Shown here: piece by piece, positions 29,169 through 39,131 of the stretch | How the letters are laid out: the number at the start of each line of letters is the position of its first letter | How positions within the stretch are numbered: the stretch's first letter is position 1 | Assembly: GCA_018971045.1 (NCBI GenBank) | Contig: JAGWVF010000001.1 | Span: 75,480-139,479 of the forward strand | Direction of reading: 5' to 3' | Source of the DNA: Patescibacteria group bacterium | Lineage (GTDB): Bacteria > Patescibacteriota > Minisyncoccia > Phycocordibacterales > Phycocordibacteraceae | DNA length: 64,000 nucleotides | Translations under genes and position numbers: made by a program | The notes under the pieces: model-generated | What the model was told of the DNA's origin: nothing | The model's database searches: none | The model's input: the letters and a program-made list of their open reading frames with translations, nothing else

Positions 29169-31349
29169 TTATATACCGGTGCTTGTCGCGGTACTCGCCG
29201 CTTGAGGAGTGTCGGGAGTGAGAGGAACCGGAAGCATTACGCCGCCGAAGAGTTCAGGATGAGAAGCGTACCACGCCGCAATACCGTATTCCCAATAGGC
29301 AAATTGAGGATCAGAAGCGGGATTGCTCGGCGGCGGACCTGTGGGATTATTTTTATCAGTCCAATAAAGGAGATCGTGGGGAGCGATCGATCCGGCCGCG
29401 TCTTTTATGCGCCAATTGCCCTGGAGCATCGGAGGAACCGAGGAGAAAATAGGATCGGCTTCGCCGAAGTAAGTTTTTGGGTACTTTGAGAGCGCATAAG
29501 ACATCGCTTCATGCCACATCGGTACGGCGATAAAACCGGCGATCGTCTTCACCATCGGCGTATTGTCGTTGTTACCCACCCAGACGCCTATAGTGATTGA
29601 CGGAGTATAGCCGACGGTCCATGCGTCGCGCGTGTCATTCGTGGTTCCTGTTTTCACCGCGACTTCATACCCGGGAAATGAAAGAGGAGAATTGAGAGCG
29701 TATTCAGGAACGCGCGCCGGCGCGTCAGAGAGCATTGCCGACATATCGCGCGCGATATTCACAGGAATCACTTGCATCGGCGCCTGATTGTATTTTTCAA
29801 GGACGTTTCCTTGGGCGTCGTCGACCTCGAGTATGCCGGCCGGATGGTTTTGAACCCCGTCATTCGCGAAAACGGAATAGGCGCTCGTGAGGTCAAGAAG
29901 GCGCACTTCGCCGCCGCCAAGAACGAGAGTAAGTCCGTATTGGTTCGGATCGCCGAGCGAGGTAAGGCCGAATGATTTTGCGAGATTGATAGCGTTTTGG
30001 ATGCCTACGAGATACAGCACTTTGACGGCCGGAACGTTAATTGACTGTGCGAGAGCCGTTTCAAAGGTCATGGGACCGCGGAAAGTGTTATCGAAGTTGC
30101 CCGGAGAATAGCAGGGAGGGGTGCCGTTATATATGTCGGAGGGCAAACATTTCGTTGAAAATTGAGTCGGCGTATCGAAGACGACAGTATCCCGCGTATA
30201 TCCGTGCATAAGCGCAAGGGCATAGATAAAAGGCTTCATTGTGGAACCTGGCTGCCGAAGTGCGAGCGTAGCGTTGTACTGCCCGTCGATTTTCGTGTCA
30301 AAGAAATCGCGCGACCCTACCATAGCGAGAATTTGACCCGTCGAGGGTTCGATAGCGATCAGTGACGCATTGGTTGCCTTGAATTTTTCCACGTTATCAA
30401 GCGCATACCGGTTTACAATCGACTCCGCTTTCGTTTCCAAATCGGCATCAAGCGTGGTTGTTACCTTTAATCCAGACATCAATGCCTGCGTTCCATACGT
30501 TTGTTCCAATTGGTTCAGGATATAAAAGACGAAGTGAGGAGCAATAATCGCGTTGGTGCTTGCCGGAGCGAAGGACACCTTCTCTGTCTTCGCCGCCGCA
30601 TATTCCGCGTCATCAATAAAACCAAGGGTATGCATACGCTCGAGAACAAGATCTTTTCGAGCGGCGAGTTCGGTTCGGTGCGTGCCATTCGGCGAGTAAT
30701 AGGAGGGCGCTTGAATCATTGCGGCCAGATACGAGGCTTCAGCGAGCGTGATATCCTTAGCCGGTACTCCGAAATAAGCTTCTGATGCCGCTTCGACGCC
30801 GTAGAGCGTCCCCCCGTACGGAATGTTATTGAGATACGTTTCCAGAATCTGATCCTTGGTGTAGATTTGTTCGAGCTTAATGGCGAGGATCCACTCATTG
30901 ATTTTGCGTACGACGCTCTTCTTATTGGTCAGAAGTTCATTTTTTACCACTTGTTGGGTGATTGTTGACCCTCCTTGCGCGAGCGATCCTCCGAGCGCAT
31001 CGACAACTATGGCGCGAAGAATCGAGGTAAAACGAATGCCGCCGTGCTGATAGAAACTCGAATCCTCAATCGCGACGGTTGCTTTAATGATATTCGGAGA
31101 GATCTCGTCAATAGGGATGATGCTGCGTTTTGCATCACGATTGTAATCAAAGAGGAGAACTTGCCCGGTTCGATCGTAAATCTTCGTCGATTGGTTGATC
31201 TGCCGCGCCGAGAAGGAGTTGATATCAGGAACAGGAGTGAGCGCGACCATAATCGCGATACCGCCGACCGCGACAAGCAAAAGGCCGAAAAGAACCAGAG
31301 CGCCCGCAAGAAGCGCGTGCCGCCACGAGAAGTGTCGACGGGAAGTCAT
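29169..31349 (-). CDS. class A penicillin-binding protein (transglycosylase/transpeptidase) PBP1A
   Basis: GT51 motifs (EDSSFYQHGGIRF, GGSTITQQVVKN), transpeptidase motifs, N-terminal TM. Confidence 0.9.
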   Translation of the reverse strand: MTSRRHFSWRHALLAGALVLFGLLLVAVGGIAIMVALTPVPDINSFSARQINQSTKIYDRTGQVLLFDYNRDAKRSIIPIDEISPNIIKATVAIEDSSFYQHGGIRFTSILRAIVVDALGGSLAQGGSTITQQVVKNELLTNKKSVVRKINEWILAIKLEQIYTKDQILETYLNNIPYGGTLYGVEAASEAYFGVPAKDITLAEASYLAAMIQAPSYYSPNGTHRTELAARKDLVLERMHTLGFIDDAEYAAAKTEKVSFAPASTNAIIAPHFVFYILNQLEQTYGTQALMSGLKVTTTLDADLETKAESIVNRYALDNVEKFKATNASLIAIEPSTGQILAMVGSRDFFDTKIDGQYNATLALRQPGSTMKPFIYALALMHGYTRDTVVFDTPTQFSTKCLPSDIYNGTPPCYSPGNFDNTFRGPMTFETALAQSINVPAVKVLYLVGIQNAINLAKSFGLTSLGDPNQYGLTLVLGGGEVRLLDLTSAYSVFANDGVQNHPAGILEVDDAQGNVLEKYNQAPMQVIPVNIARDMSAMLSDAPARVPEYALNSPLSFPGYEVAVKTGTTNDTRDAWTVGYTPSITIGVWVGNNDNTPMVKTIAGFIAVPMWHEAMSYALSKYPKTYFGEADPIFSSVPPMLQGNWRIKDAAGSIAPHDLLYWTDKNNPTGPPPSNPASDPQFAYWEYGIAAWYASHPELFGGVMLPVPLTPDTPQAASTATSTGI

Positions 31350-31574
31350 GTCCCGTATGGTACCACTCTCCGCATTTCAAATATATTCTTCCTCGCTTTC
31401 ATCATCGGGAATCTCGAGATCTTCTTCGGAAAAATCTTCCTCGAAGTCGCTATCCTCCTCGTTGTCCGGTAAGGCGAAGGCCAGCGGCTCGTCTACGTGC
31501 TGATTATCATCCATATAGGAATATATGTAGCAAAAAATATTCAGCGCGCAAGTGGGGGCAATCCGGTATGTGGA

Positions 31575-32051
31575 CTACTTTTTACGGAGTCCGAAAGCGA
31601 GCGCGGTGATGCCGATGGCGATAGCATCAGCCTCATCGTCAAGGCGATTCTTTTTTGGCAGCGAGAGAAGGTGGGGAAGTATCAGAGCCACGGCCGCTTT
31701 TGACGATCCGCCGTGACCGGTAACCGCGAGTTTCACTTGCTGAGGCGAGCACTCGATAACAGGAAGTCCGGCGATTCCGGCAACCGCGAGAATGGCCCCG
31801 CGCGCTTCGGCGACGCCAATCGCGGTCTTTACATTAGCGCTGAAAAATAAAGTTTCGAGCGAGAGCGCCGCCGGCGCGTATTCGTTGATCGCGTCGCTTA
31901 TGGCGCGCGAAACATGCGCGAGACGCGCCTCGCGCGAGCCTTTCTCCGGCTGTACGCACGCGCTCATACATAAGACGGGGCGCGAGGGATCTCCCTCCAC
32001 CACGGCGATGCCGAGCCGGTCGTAACCGGGATCAATCGCCAGTACTCTCAT
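31575..32051 (-). CDS. ruvC: Holliday junction resolvase RuvC
   Basis: MRVLAIDPGYDRLGIAVV...DEADAIAIGI catalytic residues; start moved to the MRVLAIDPG-type N-terminus. Confidence 0.85.
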   Translation of the reverse strand: MRVLAIDPGYDRLGIAVVEGDPSRPVLCMSACVQPEKGSREARLAHVSRAISDAINEYAPAALSLETLFFSANVKTAIGVAEARGAILAVAGIAGLPVIECSPQQVKLAVTGHGGSSKAAVALILPHLLSLPKKNRLDDEADAIAIGITALAFGLRKK

Positions 32052-32586
32052 AATCGCGCGCATTCGTGAAGACTTGCTGTACGTCGTCGTGTTCGTCAAG
32101 CGCCTCGAGAATGGCGCCGAGCCGGGTCCCGTCTTCTTCGTTCAGATCGATGCGAGGTTCGTTCGGGATATAGGTCGCGCCGGTTTTAGTAAAAGCCCAG
32201 CTCGCCGCTCCCGGATTCGAAAGTTCGACTTCCTGGAGCGCCAAAAGGTGCTTTATTTCCTGCGTTGTACGATTTTTATTATCAGTTAGTGCGTCGACGA
32301 TCACCGCGACGCCGCCGGGTCCGTAACACTCGTACACGACCTGTTCGAGACTGCCGGAATCCTTCGACAATCCCTTCGCGATCGCGCGCTCGATATTGTC
32401 CTTCGGCATATTAACCGCCTTGGCGCGGGCAATGGCGACCGCGAGGCCGGGGGCCGAGAGCACCCCATTCGCCTTTTTCGACTCAAGCGTGATCAGTCGC
32501 GCGAAGCGCGAGAAGACACGACTCTTCGCCGAGTCGGTAACCGCCTTTTGGCGCTTGATCTGCGACCATTTACTGTGTCCGGACAT
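32032..32586 (-). CDS. yebC: YebC/PmpR-family DNA-binding regulator
   Basis: MSGHSKWSQIKRQKAVTDSAKSRVFSRFARLI N-terminal signature. Confidence 0.85.
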   Translation of the reverse strand: MSGHSKWSQIKRQKAVTDSAKSRVFSRFARLITLESKKANGVLSAPGLAVAIARAKAVNMPKDNIERAIAKGLSKDSGSLEQVVYECYGPGGVAVIVDALTDNKNRTTQEIKHLLALQEVELSNPGAASWAFTKTGATYIPNEPRIDLNEEDGTRLGAILEALDEHDDVQQVFTNARDYESTGD

Positions 32587-32591
32587 GATAA

Positions 32592-33593
32592 TTAGAACAT
32601 ACCACCGGATTTTTCTTCATTCAAATACTCACGGCCCTTTTGGGTAAGGATGCGGCCGCGCGGGGAGCGCTCGATGAAGCCGAGCCGCAGGAGATACGGC
32701 TCATAGACGTGCTCCATCGTGTCCACGTCCTCGTGAAGCGCGGCCGCCAAGGCGGCGACGCCCGCCGGCCCGCCACGAAATCCGGTGAGGAGGGTCTCGA
32801 GATAACGGCGATCGTCCTTGGTAAGGCCGAAATCATCAATACCAAAGAGCGCGAACGCCTCGTCACAGAGCTCGCCCGAGAGCGGGCGTTCATGCACCTC
32901 GGCGTAGTCGCGAACGCGCTTCAGAAGCGCGTTCGCGACGCGCGGGGTCGCTCGACTGCGCGCGGCAATGTGCTCAATTACCGTTTCAGGCGCATGAAGC
33001 CCGAGTAGATGCGCCGATCGGCGGATGATGTCTTTCAAGTCCTCATTATTATAAAAATCAAGCTGATAGACGCCTCCGCCGAAGCGCGAGCGCAGGGGGC
33101 CGGAGAGCTCGGCGACGCGCGTGGTTGCCCCCACGAGGGTGAAGGGCGGCAGAGCGAGCTCGACGGTGCGCGCCGACGGCCCCTTCCCAAGCACGATATC
33201 GAGATGTCCCGACTCGAGAGCGGGATAAAGAAGTTCCTCGATTTTGCGCGAGAGGCGGTGGATCTCGTCGATGAAGAGAACCGTATGGGGATCGAGATTG
33301 GTGAGGATCGCGGCGAGGTCTCCGGCGCGCTCAATAGCAACGCCCGAGGTGCTCTTCAGAGGCGATTTAAGCGTCGCCGCGACCAAATGCGCGAGGGTGG
33401 TTTTACCGACGCCCGGCGGTCCGTAGAAGAGGATATGCTCGGGCATGCTCCCGCGCTTCTTGGCGGCGTCGATGGCGATACGAACGTTCGCTTTGACTTG
33501 TTTTTGGCCGACATACTCTTCCCAATCGGCAGGGCGGAGCGCCGCATCGAGCGATTGGGAGAGAGGAAGAGTAGTTTCCGAGAGGGTTGACAT
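32592..33593 (-). CDS. ruvB: Holliday junction branch-migration helicase RuvB
   Basis: AAA+ Walker A GPPGVGKTTLA, Walker B LFIDEIHRL, sensor motifs. Confidence 0.9.
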   Translation of the reverse strand: MSTLSETTLPLSQSLDAALRPADWEEYVGQKQVKANVRIAIDAAKKRGSMPEHILFYGPPGVGKTTLAHLVAATLKSPLKSTSGVAIERAGDLAAILTNLDPHTVLFIDEIHRLSRKIEELLYPALESGHLDIVLGKGPSARTVELALPPFTLVGATTRVAELSGPLRSRFGGGVYQLDFYNNEDLKDIIRRSAHLLGLHAPETVIEHIAARSRATPRVANALLKRVRDYAEVHERPLSGELCDEAFALFGIDDFGLTKDDRRYLETLLTGFRGGPAGVAALAAALHEDVDTMEHVYEPYLLRLGFIERSPRGRILTQKGREYLNEEKSGGMF

Positions 33594-34163
33594 AGAAATA
33601 CTATAATGCTAACATTCTATCACAGTTTGTTGATCCTATTCATACTCCTCTAGGCAAGGCTTGACGGCTTCGGGCGTTTCCCCAAGGACTCTCTGGTCTG
33701 CGATTTCGGTCGTGGCGCTGGGGACATCCTCAGGTGTCTCGTTCACCCCGCGATTTGTTGCGGGATTTGCCTTGAGGACTATGGACGGGATCAGTTTTCA
33801 GGAAGCCGCCCGCGGGCGGCTTCTGTTTTATCAGAATGGCGGTAAGATACGTTCACGACTCGCGGGGAGTCGGCGAAAGGAGATCCAGGTGAGTAAAAAG
33901 GAAGTTCTCTTTTGGGAAGGATGGTTCAAGTCTGTTCCTCCAACGTCTGAAGAATCCGCACACGGCGTCATTCAGGTCATCGTGGCCGGTCCGGGCATGA
34001 TTCGACGCCATCCAGGATCGGTCGAGGAACTCTGCTTATTTCTCGAGATGCTCGATCTTGATTTAAGTCAGGCGCGAATTCCGGAAGGAATAAAAATCGC
34101 CGTATACAGAAAAAGAGACAAGAAATAAGCCGTTCGGGCGGAGCCGCCCGGACGGCTTCGATC

Positions 34164-35846
34164 TTAACGCGGGAGATTGACCGTCGCGATGACCTCCGAG
34201 AGGGAAGTGGCGCCCGCGAGCGCTTTCAGCACCCCGTCTTGGGCCATCGTGAGATATCCTTGTTTTTCGGCGAGTTTCGCAATTTCATTCTCGGGAGGAT
34301 TATCGCGGAGGAAAGAGGCGAGCTCGTCGTCCATAAAGACGGCTTCATAGAGTCCGACGCGGCCGTGATAACCGGTTTCATCCTCGCTTGCGGGCGCGGG
34401 CTCCCACGTGGTCTCGATTTTCTCTGGGAGAAGCGAGACATCGGTAATAGTAGAAAGGATTTTATGGATCAGTTCTTTTTCGTCAGCGGTCAGCGGACGT
34501 TGTTTCTTCTTTTTCGGATCGAGTTTGCGCACCAGCCGCTGTGCCATCGAGACGGTGACTGCCGAACCGAATGATTTAGGGTCGGCGCCGAGATCAACGA
34601 GGCGGGGGAAGGTTCCTGCGGCATTGTTCGTGTGGAGCGTCGAGAAAACGAAGTGGCCGGTAAGCGCCGCCTGAATCGCAATATTCGCGGTCTCGCCGTC
34701 GCGGATCTCGCCGACCATGATGATGTCCGGGTCCTGGCGCACGATCGATCTCAATCCCTCGGCAAACGTGTATTTTTCACCCGCCACCTGCGTCTGCACG
34801 ATCCCGTCAAGGTGGTATTCGACGGGATCTTCAATCGTAATAATTTTTATCTCCGGCGTATGGATCTCGCGGAGGAAGGAGTAGAGAGTCGTCGTTTTGC
34901 CGCTTCCCGTTGGTCCGGTGGTGAGAAGCATTCCATTTGGCCGCCGGATCTCAGACTCGAGGCGCGCGAGAAGCTTCGGATGAATGCCGAGATCCCGATA
35001 CGAGACCATCGTCGCCTCCGGGTCGAGAATACGCATCACGATCGACTCCCCGAAGTTTCCGGGAATGAACGATACGCGGATCTCAACCTGGTTCGATCCT
35101 TTCATCACGGAGAAGCGGCCATCCTGCGCCTGATGAGTGATATTAATCTTCACGCCCGAGAGGAGCTTGATGCGCGAATTAAATTGGCGGAAGATTTCGT
35201 GTTCAAAAAGATAGGTATCCGAGAGAATGCCGTCGATGCGGAGCCGCAATAACACCTTCTTTTCCCCCGATTCAAAATGAATGTCAGAAGCACGGAGCGC
35301 AAATGCTCCGGCCATCACGATTTCAAAGAGGCGGGAGATGCGATCAAGCGGCTTGAGTTCGAGCGCCGCGTCGAGTTCTTCCTTAACGGCGGTCTTGGTG
35401 CCGCCGCGCTTCGCGATAGCCGCGAGCGCTTCTTCAGAAACCGAGAGAACTCCTGCTTTTTTTGCCACTGCGAACGAGAGATCATGATAGCGGTCAAAAG
35501 CTTTTTCGAGGCTCTTCTTCGACGCGAGAAAAAATGAAGAGGAATAGCCGCGCTCGCGAAGTTCATTCACGAGCTTCGCGAGCGCGGGCGTGTCGGGATT
35601 GCGGACGGCGAGCGAGAGCGCCTTGGCCGTCTTCGCGAAGGCGGCCGCATCGGCCTCGCGCGCTTGCGCTTCGGGAATGACGCGCAGTGCGTCGCTGTCG
35701 ATTTCCCTAAGCGAGAGATCGACGTACGGAAGGCCGTACTTCTCAGAGATGATGCGCGCCACGTCCTCCTCCTCGCGCTCGCGGATCTCTGTAATCTTGG
35801 AGTTCTCCTCTTCGGTATTAAACGGTAAATCCATAGCGAGCATCAT
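34164..35846 (-). CDS. second GspE/PilB-family secretion ATPase
   Basis: Walker A GPTGSGKTTTLYSFL, DPDIIMVGEIRD, FVFSTLHTN; 560 aa paralog of pilB. Confidence 0.85.
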   Translation of the reverse strand: MMLAMDLPFNTEEENSKITEIREREEEDVARIISEKYGLPYVDLSLREIDSDALRVIPEAQAREADAAAFAKTAKALSLAVRNPDTPALAKLVNELRERGYSSSFFLASKKSLEKAFDRYHDLSFAVAKKAGVLSVSEEALAAIAKRGGTKTAVKEELDAALELKPLDRISRLFEIVMAGAFALRASDIHFESGEKKVLLRLRIDGILSDTYLFEHEIFRQFNSRIKLLSGVKINITHQAQDGRFSVMKGSNQVEIRVSFIPGNFGESIVMRILDPEATMVSYRDLGIHPKLLARLESEIRRPNGMLLTTGPTGSGKTTTLYSFLREIHTPEIKIITIEDPVEYHLDGIVQTQVAGEKYTFAEGLRSIVRQDPDIIMVGEIRDGETANIAIQAALTGHFVFSTLHTNNAAGTFPRLVDLGADPKSFGSAVTVSMAQRLVRKLDPKKKKQRPLTADEKELIHKILSTITDVSLLPEKIETTWEPAPASEDETGYHGRVGLYEAVFMDDELASFLRDNPPENEIAKLAEKQGYLTMAQDGVLKALAGATSLSEVIATVNLPR

Positions 35847-35987
35847 ACCACTTCACTGAGGCGGTTTGGACGGGGGCTGATATGATATTGACCAGAAGTA
35901 GAAATAGTGTATAGTATCATTGAGGATGGCTTTCCGTTTAGGATTTCCCGAAAACGCAGCTATTTCCTCGTGAAGGAGATGGATGGT

Positions 35988-36143
35988 ATGAATGCAAACA
36001 AGTCCGCTGCTTCGGTAGCACCAGCAACAGGCACAGTTCCACTCGCTTTCGATCTGGCTGTCGTCGCTGAGCCGCAGGAAGGGGATCACGAGTTGATTTC
36101 TACTCCGACTGGTAGCGGATATCCGCCGGAGGACGATGCCTGA
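35988..36143 (+). CDS. putative graspetide (omega-ester/amide RiPP) precursor peptide
   Basis: 51-aa ORF MNANKSAASVAPATGTVPLAFDLAVVAEPQEGDHELISTPTGSGYPPEDDA; AAGGAG RBS 9 nt upstream; stop 14 nt before the ATP-grasp ligase; C-terminal T/S...YPPEDD resembles microviridin-type core logic. Confidence 0.4.
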   Translation: MNANKSAASVAPATGTVPLAFDLAVVAEPQEGDHELISTPTGSGYPPEDDA

Positions 36144-36157
36144 CGGGGCCGCATGCC

Positions 36158-36856
36158 TTGAATGAAGAGGACGGTTGTCGCATGCGACCGTCCTCTCTAC
36201 GTACCCTCATGCGTTTAAGGAGAAAGAATGATTCTCATATGGACATGCCGGGGGATAAGACGGTCGATTGGTTCATCGATCGATATCTGGTCCGAAGTGG
36301 ATTGTCATGGGTCCGGTTTGATTCCGACGCTTTCCCTGAAAACTACAAGATCGATGGAGGATTAGACCGCGTGCTCATACATGATCAGTACGGAGAGATG
36401 GTTCTTAACTCAACAGAAATATCTTCGGTGTGGTATCGAAGGAATCTGCCAAGCGTATTCCAAGCGACAGTGCTCGCGGCTGATGTCTTGGGGTACGCAC
36501 GCTCCGAAGCTCAAGCAGCATTGCGCGCACTCAACACGGCCTTATCTGGCGCGTACTTTGTGAATAAACCAGATGCCAATCACACTGCCTCAGACAAGCT
36601 CGGCCAATTGTTGGATGCGAGTGCGAGGGGGCTGCGAGTACCAAAAACGCTCATCACCAACGATAAGTCACTCGCATTGGAGTTCGTGGATACTTGCGGT
36701 GGCGAGGTGATTGTCAAACCGCTGCGTAAAGGAACAATCGCTCCGGGCAAGGTCTTCTACTCAACTCTTATAAGAGCTGTCGACCTGGAAACACGCGGGA
36801 ACGCGATTGCCATCGCACCCGTAATTTTCCAGGAGCCGATTAAGAAAGCCTATGAA
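36158..36856 (+). pseudogene. MdnC/MdnB-type graspetide ATP-grasp ligase, N-terminal 2/3 (disrupted by IS30 insertion)
   Basis: RFDSDAFPENYKIDG, EISSVWYRR, VIFQEPIKKAYE follow microviridin ligase MdnC almost position by position; the reading frame runs into the IS after ...KKAYE. Confidence 0.7.
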
Positions 36857-37972
36857 TGTAGTTTCAAGAATATAATGCAACACCCGTTGCCTTGAAGAAT
36901 ACCTCCTCAGGAGTGAGTCCGCCATGTCGTCTGCGTGGCCGGGTGTTGATCAGATACTCAGCACGCGCAATCTCCTCGCCAGTGAGCAGTGCGAGATCAG
37001 TTTTCTTCGGGAAGAACCTTCTGATGAGTCCATTGGTATTCTCGTTGGTACCACGCTCATGTGAACAGTATGGGTGAGCGAAGAACACATCGAGTCCGAG
37101 CGATTGCTCAACCTCTTGCCAGCGCAGATTCTCTTTTCCTCGATCACGAGTGAGTGTCTTGCGAACTGATGAAGGGAGTGCTCCCAGCCGATGGATGAGC
37201 ACGGCATCACAGTTCTCGGCGGTACCATCATCCGTCTTGCCAAAGAGGGTGACGCCGCTCCTGCGTTCCGTGACATTCTTGATTCTCGCTAGAGAAGCTC
37301 GCGACACGAGCGTATCATCCTCCCAGTCGCCAATGCGAGAACGTTTCTCGACGACGAGCGGGCGTCTCTCTATGGACGGCAGTGAAGCATCGCGTTCGGC
37401 TTTCTGTACTTTCCTGAAGCCCTTTTTCGCTCTTTGCTTGTGTCGCCTTGCAAGGTACGGCCGCAGATCAAGCGTGCCTTTCTTCACCGCGCCATTGCCG
37501 CCCCGATACACTCTTCGGTATACCTCCTGATATATGGTCTCGGGAGCCACGCGCATGCGTGAGTCATTGGGGAATTCGATCGGCAGTCGCAAGCTCACCT
37601 GCTCGGGTGACCATCGCTCATCGCGCATCTTCGTCTCAATATATGACCGCAATAGTTCGTGCTTCACCGTTTTCGGCACATTGCCACGACTACCGATACG
37701 ATCCAACGCCTTCGCATGGGCACGATCGGCATCATATTTCCCGCTGCCGATCCGGGGCTTTCCATCGAGCTCACGAGAGATTGAGCTCTTATTCCTTCCC
37801 AGTTCGTCTGCGATCTCGGTGACCGTCCTGCCATCTCGACACCACCGAAGCTCGATGATGCTTCGTTCTCTGAGTGAAAGGGGTTTGCCACCTCGTCTTT
37901 TCCTCTGTTTCTTCTGCATACCCAATCAGCTTACCTGCTAATGGGGTGTTGCAATTAATTCTGGAACTCATG
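36857..37972. mobile_element. IS30-family insertion sequence (~1.1 kb) inserted in the ATP-grasp ligase gene
   Basis: Imperfect terminal inverted repeats (left tgtagtttcaaGAATATAATGCAACACCC, right rc catgagttccaGAATTAATTGCAACACCCC), 3-bp direct repeat GAA at 36854-36856 and 37973-37975; contains an IS30 transposase. Confidence 0.7.
36864..37925 (-). CDS. IS30-family DDE transposase
   Basis: N-terminal HTH (RERSIIELRWCRDGRTVTEIADELGRNKSSISREL), DDE region (IGDWEDDT...HPYCSHERGTNENTNGLIRRFFPKKTDL). Confidence 0.85.
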   Translation of the reverse strand: MGMQKKQRKRRGGKPLSLRERSIIELRWCRDGRTVTEIADELGRNKSSISRELDGKPRIGSGKYDADRAHAKALDRIGSRGNVPKTVKHELLRSYIETKMRDERWSPEQVSLRLPIEFPNDSRMRVAPETIYQEVYRRVYRGGNGAVKKGTLDLRPYLARRHKQRAKKGFRKVQKAERDASLPSIERRPLVVEKRSRIGDWEDDTLVSRASLARIKNVTERRSGVTLFGKTDDGTAENCDAVLIHRLGALPSSVRKTLTRDRGKENLRWQEVEQSLGLDVFFAHPYCSHERGTNENTNGLIRRFFPKKTDLALLTGEEIARAEYLINTRPRRRHGGLTPEEVFFKATGVALYS

Positions 37973-37975
37973 GAA

Positions 37976-38296
37976 CTGAGGATTGCAGTGGTGGACGAAG
38001 AGTGCTTCGGGGTAAAGATCTTTTCCCAGGAGCACGGAATTACTTCTATCGACTGGCGCAGATCCCCGTTGCTCATCAGGCATGAGATTGCAGAACTACC
38101 TCAACATATTGCTTCGGCATGTGTCGAGATGGTGAAGGCAAGCGGTCTGGTCTATAGCGCTTTTGACTTCATTGTCTCTCCCGAGGGAGAGCACGTCTTT
38201 CTTGAGCACAATCCAGGAGGTCAATTCGCATGGTTAGAGGAATTGACGGGTATTCCGATTGGTCGCGGACTCCTCGGTGCTCTGAGCAAGTCGTGA
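37976..38296 (+). pseudogene. MdnC/MdnB-type ATP-grasp ligase, C-terminal third (resumes in frame right after the IS)
   Basis: LRIAVVDEECFGVKI...IDWRR...AFDFIVSPEGEHVFLEHNPGGQFAWLEELTG matches the MdnC C-terminus; removing IS plus one GAA copy restores ...KKAYELRIAVV... (340 codons). Confidence 0.7.
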
Positions 38297-38315
38297 TAAA
38301 TAGCAGTATAATTGA

Positions 38316-38996
38316 GTGGCGAGCATGCTCGCCACTCCTCATTTCATACTCTCCATGAATTTTAAAAGAAACGCTCAAGAAAAGTTTAATACTCTCTTTG
38401 AGAGGGAACTTACAAATTATAAATACGCAGAAGGAGTCAAGAAACTGCAAACTTTCCTGGACACCCATAGCTTTCTTAAAGAGAATCCAGAAAATCTGAC
38501 CAAATTGGGCCTCCTGTACGACCACGCAGCGATGGTCGACAAGAAAGATCAGAAATCACTTGAAGGTAAAGCGAGAGGGAATTACAAAAAAGCACTGAGT
38601 CTCAACAGCATTTTTCCACCTGCGTGGTGGGGTCTCGCCAGAATTTATTGGCACAATGGCGATAAGCGCGCGGTACCCCTCGCACTAAAAGCGTATCGAT
38701 ATGCGAAGGCGGCTGCACGTAAAGATGATGGCCAGTATGCTCAAAATATAGGACTTGTATACCATAAGTTGGGCAATAACCGACGTGCTAAATATTGGCT
38801 TGAGCGAGGAGTCGCCAAGTCTCCACGTGAGTGGGGCGTCCATTATAATTTGATGCGATTTTATTTGGATACGCAAAACCACAATGCTGCAAGGAAATCA
38901 GCAAGAAAAGTGCTTTCGCTACTCACAAACGAGAAAAATAGTCAGTGGACCAAAGATGTGCGTAGGCTGGCAGAGGCGACACTTGCCGGCCTTTGA
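38316..38996 (+). CDS. tetratricopeptide-repeat (TPR) protein
   Basis: 226 aa with repeated W/Y-LG-Y-A-P TPR-like helices; low-GC composition. Confidence 0.55.
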   Translation: MASMLATPHFILSMNFKRNAQEKFNTLFERELTNYKYAEGVKKLQTFLDTHSFLKENPENLTKLGLLYDHAAMVDKKDQKSLEGKARGNYKKALSLNSIFPPAWWGLARIYWHNGDKRAVPLALKAYRYAKAAARKDDGQYAQNIGLVYHKLGNNRRAKYWLERGVAKSPREWGVHYNLMRFYLDTQNHNAARKSARKVLSLLTNEKNSQWTKDVRRLAEATLAGL

Positions 38997-39076
38997 CGCT
39001 CTCGCTCTCCGCAAAAGTGGAGGTCAAATAGGAGAGTTTGACTTCCCCAATACCACATTCCGAGCGGATGGTAAGC

Positions 39077-39106
39077 TTGACAAAGTTGTCATATTAGCGG
39101 TATAAT
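39077..39106 (+). promoter_or_regulatory. near-consensus sigma70-type promoter
   Basis: TTGACA (39077-39082), 18-nt spacer, TATAAT (39101-39106), ~25 nt upstream of the small lipopeptide ORF. Confidence 0.4.
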
Positions 39107-39131
39107 AAAAAAAGATAAAAGGAGATCCTGA

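Noticed and set aside
31371-31514. 47-aa highly acidic ORF (MDDNQHVDEPLAFALPDNEEDSDFEEDFSEEDLEIPDDESEEEYI) on the minus strand upstream of PBP1A
   Set aside because: Could be a real small protein, but has no RBS evidence or conservation I can assess; low-complexity acidic ORFs arise easily by chance
33594-34163. 570-bp interval between ruvB and the second pilB-like gene (ORF 33661..34128, 155 aa); checked for RNase P RNA, tmRNA or SRP RNA
   Set aside because: No GGAAAGTCCGGGC / GGTTCGAxTCC-CCA / SRP helix-8 motifs seen; the ORF has no recognisable features and may be spurious; left unassigned
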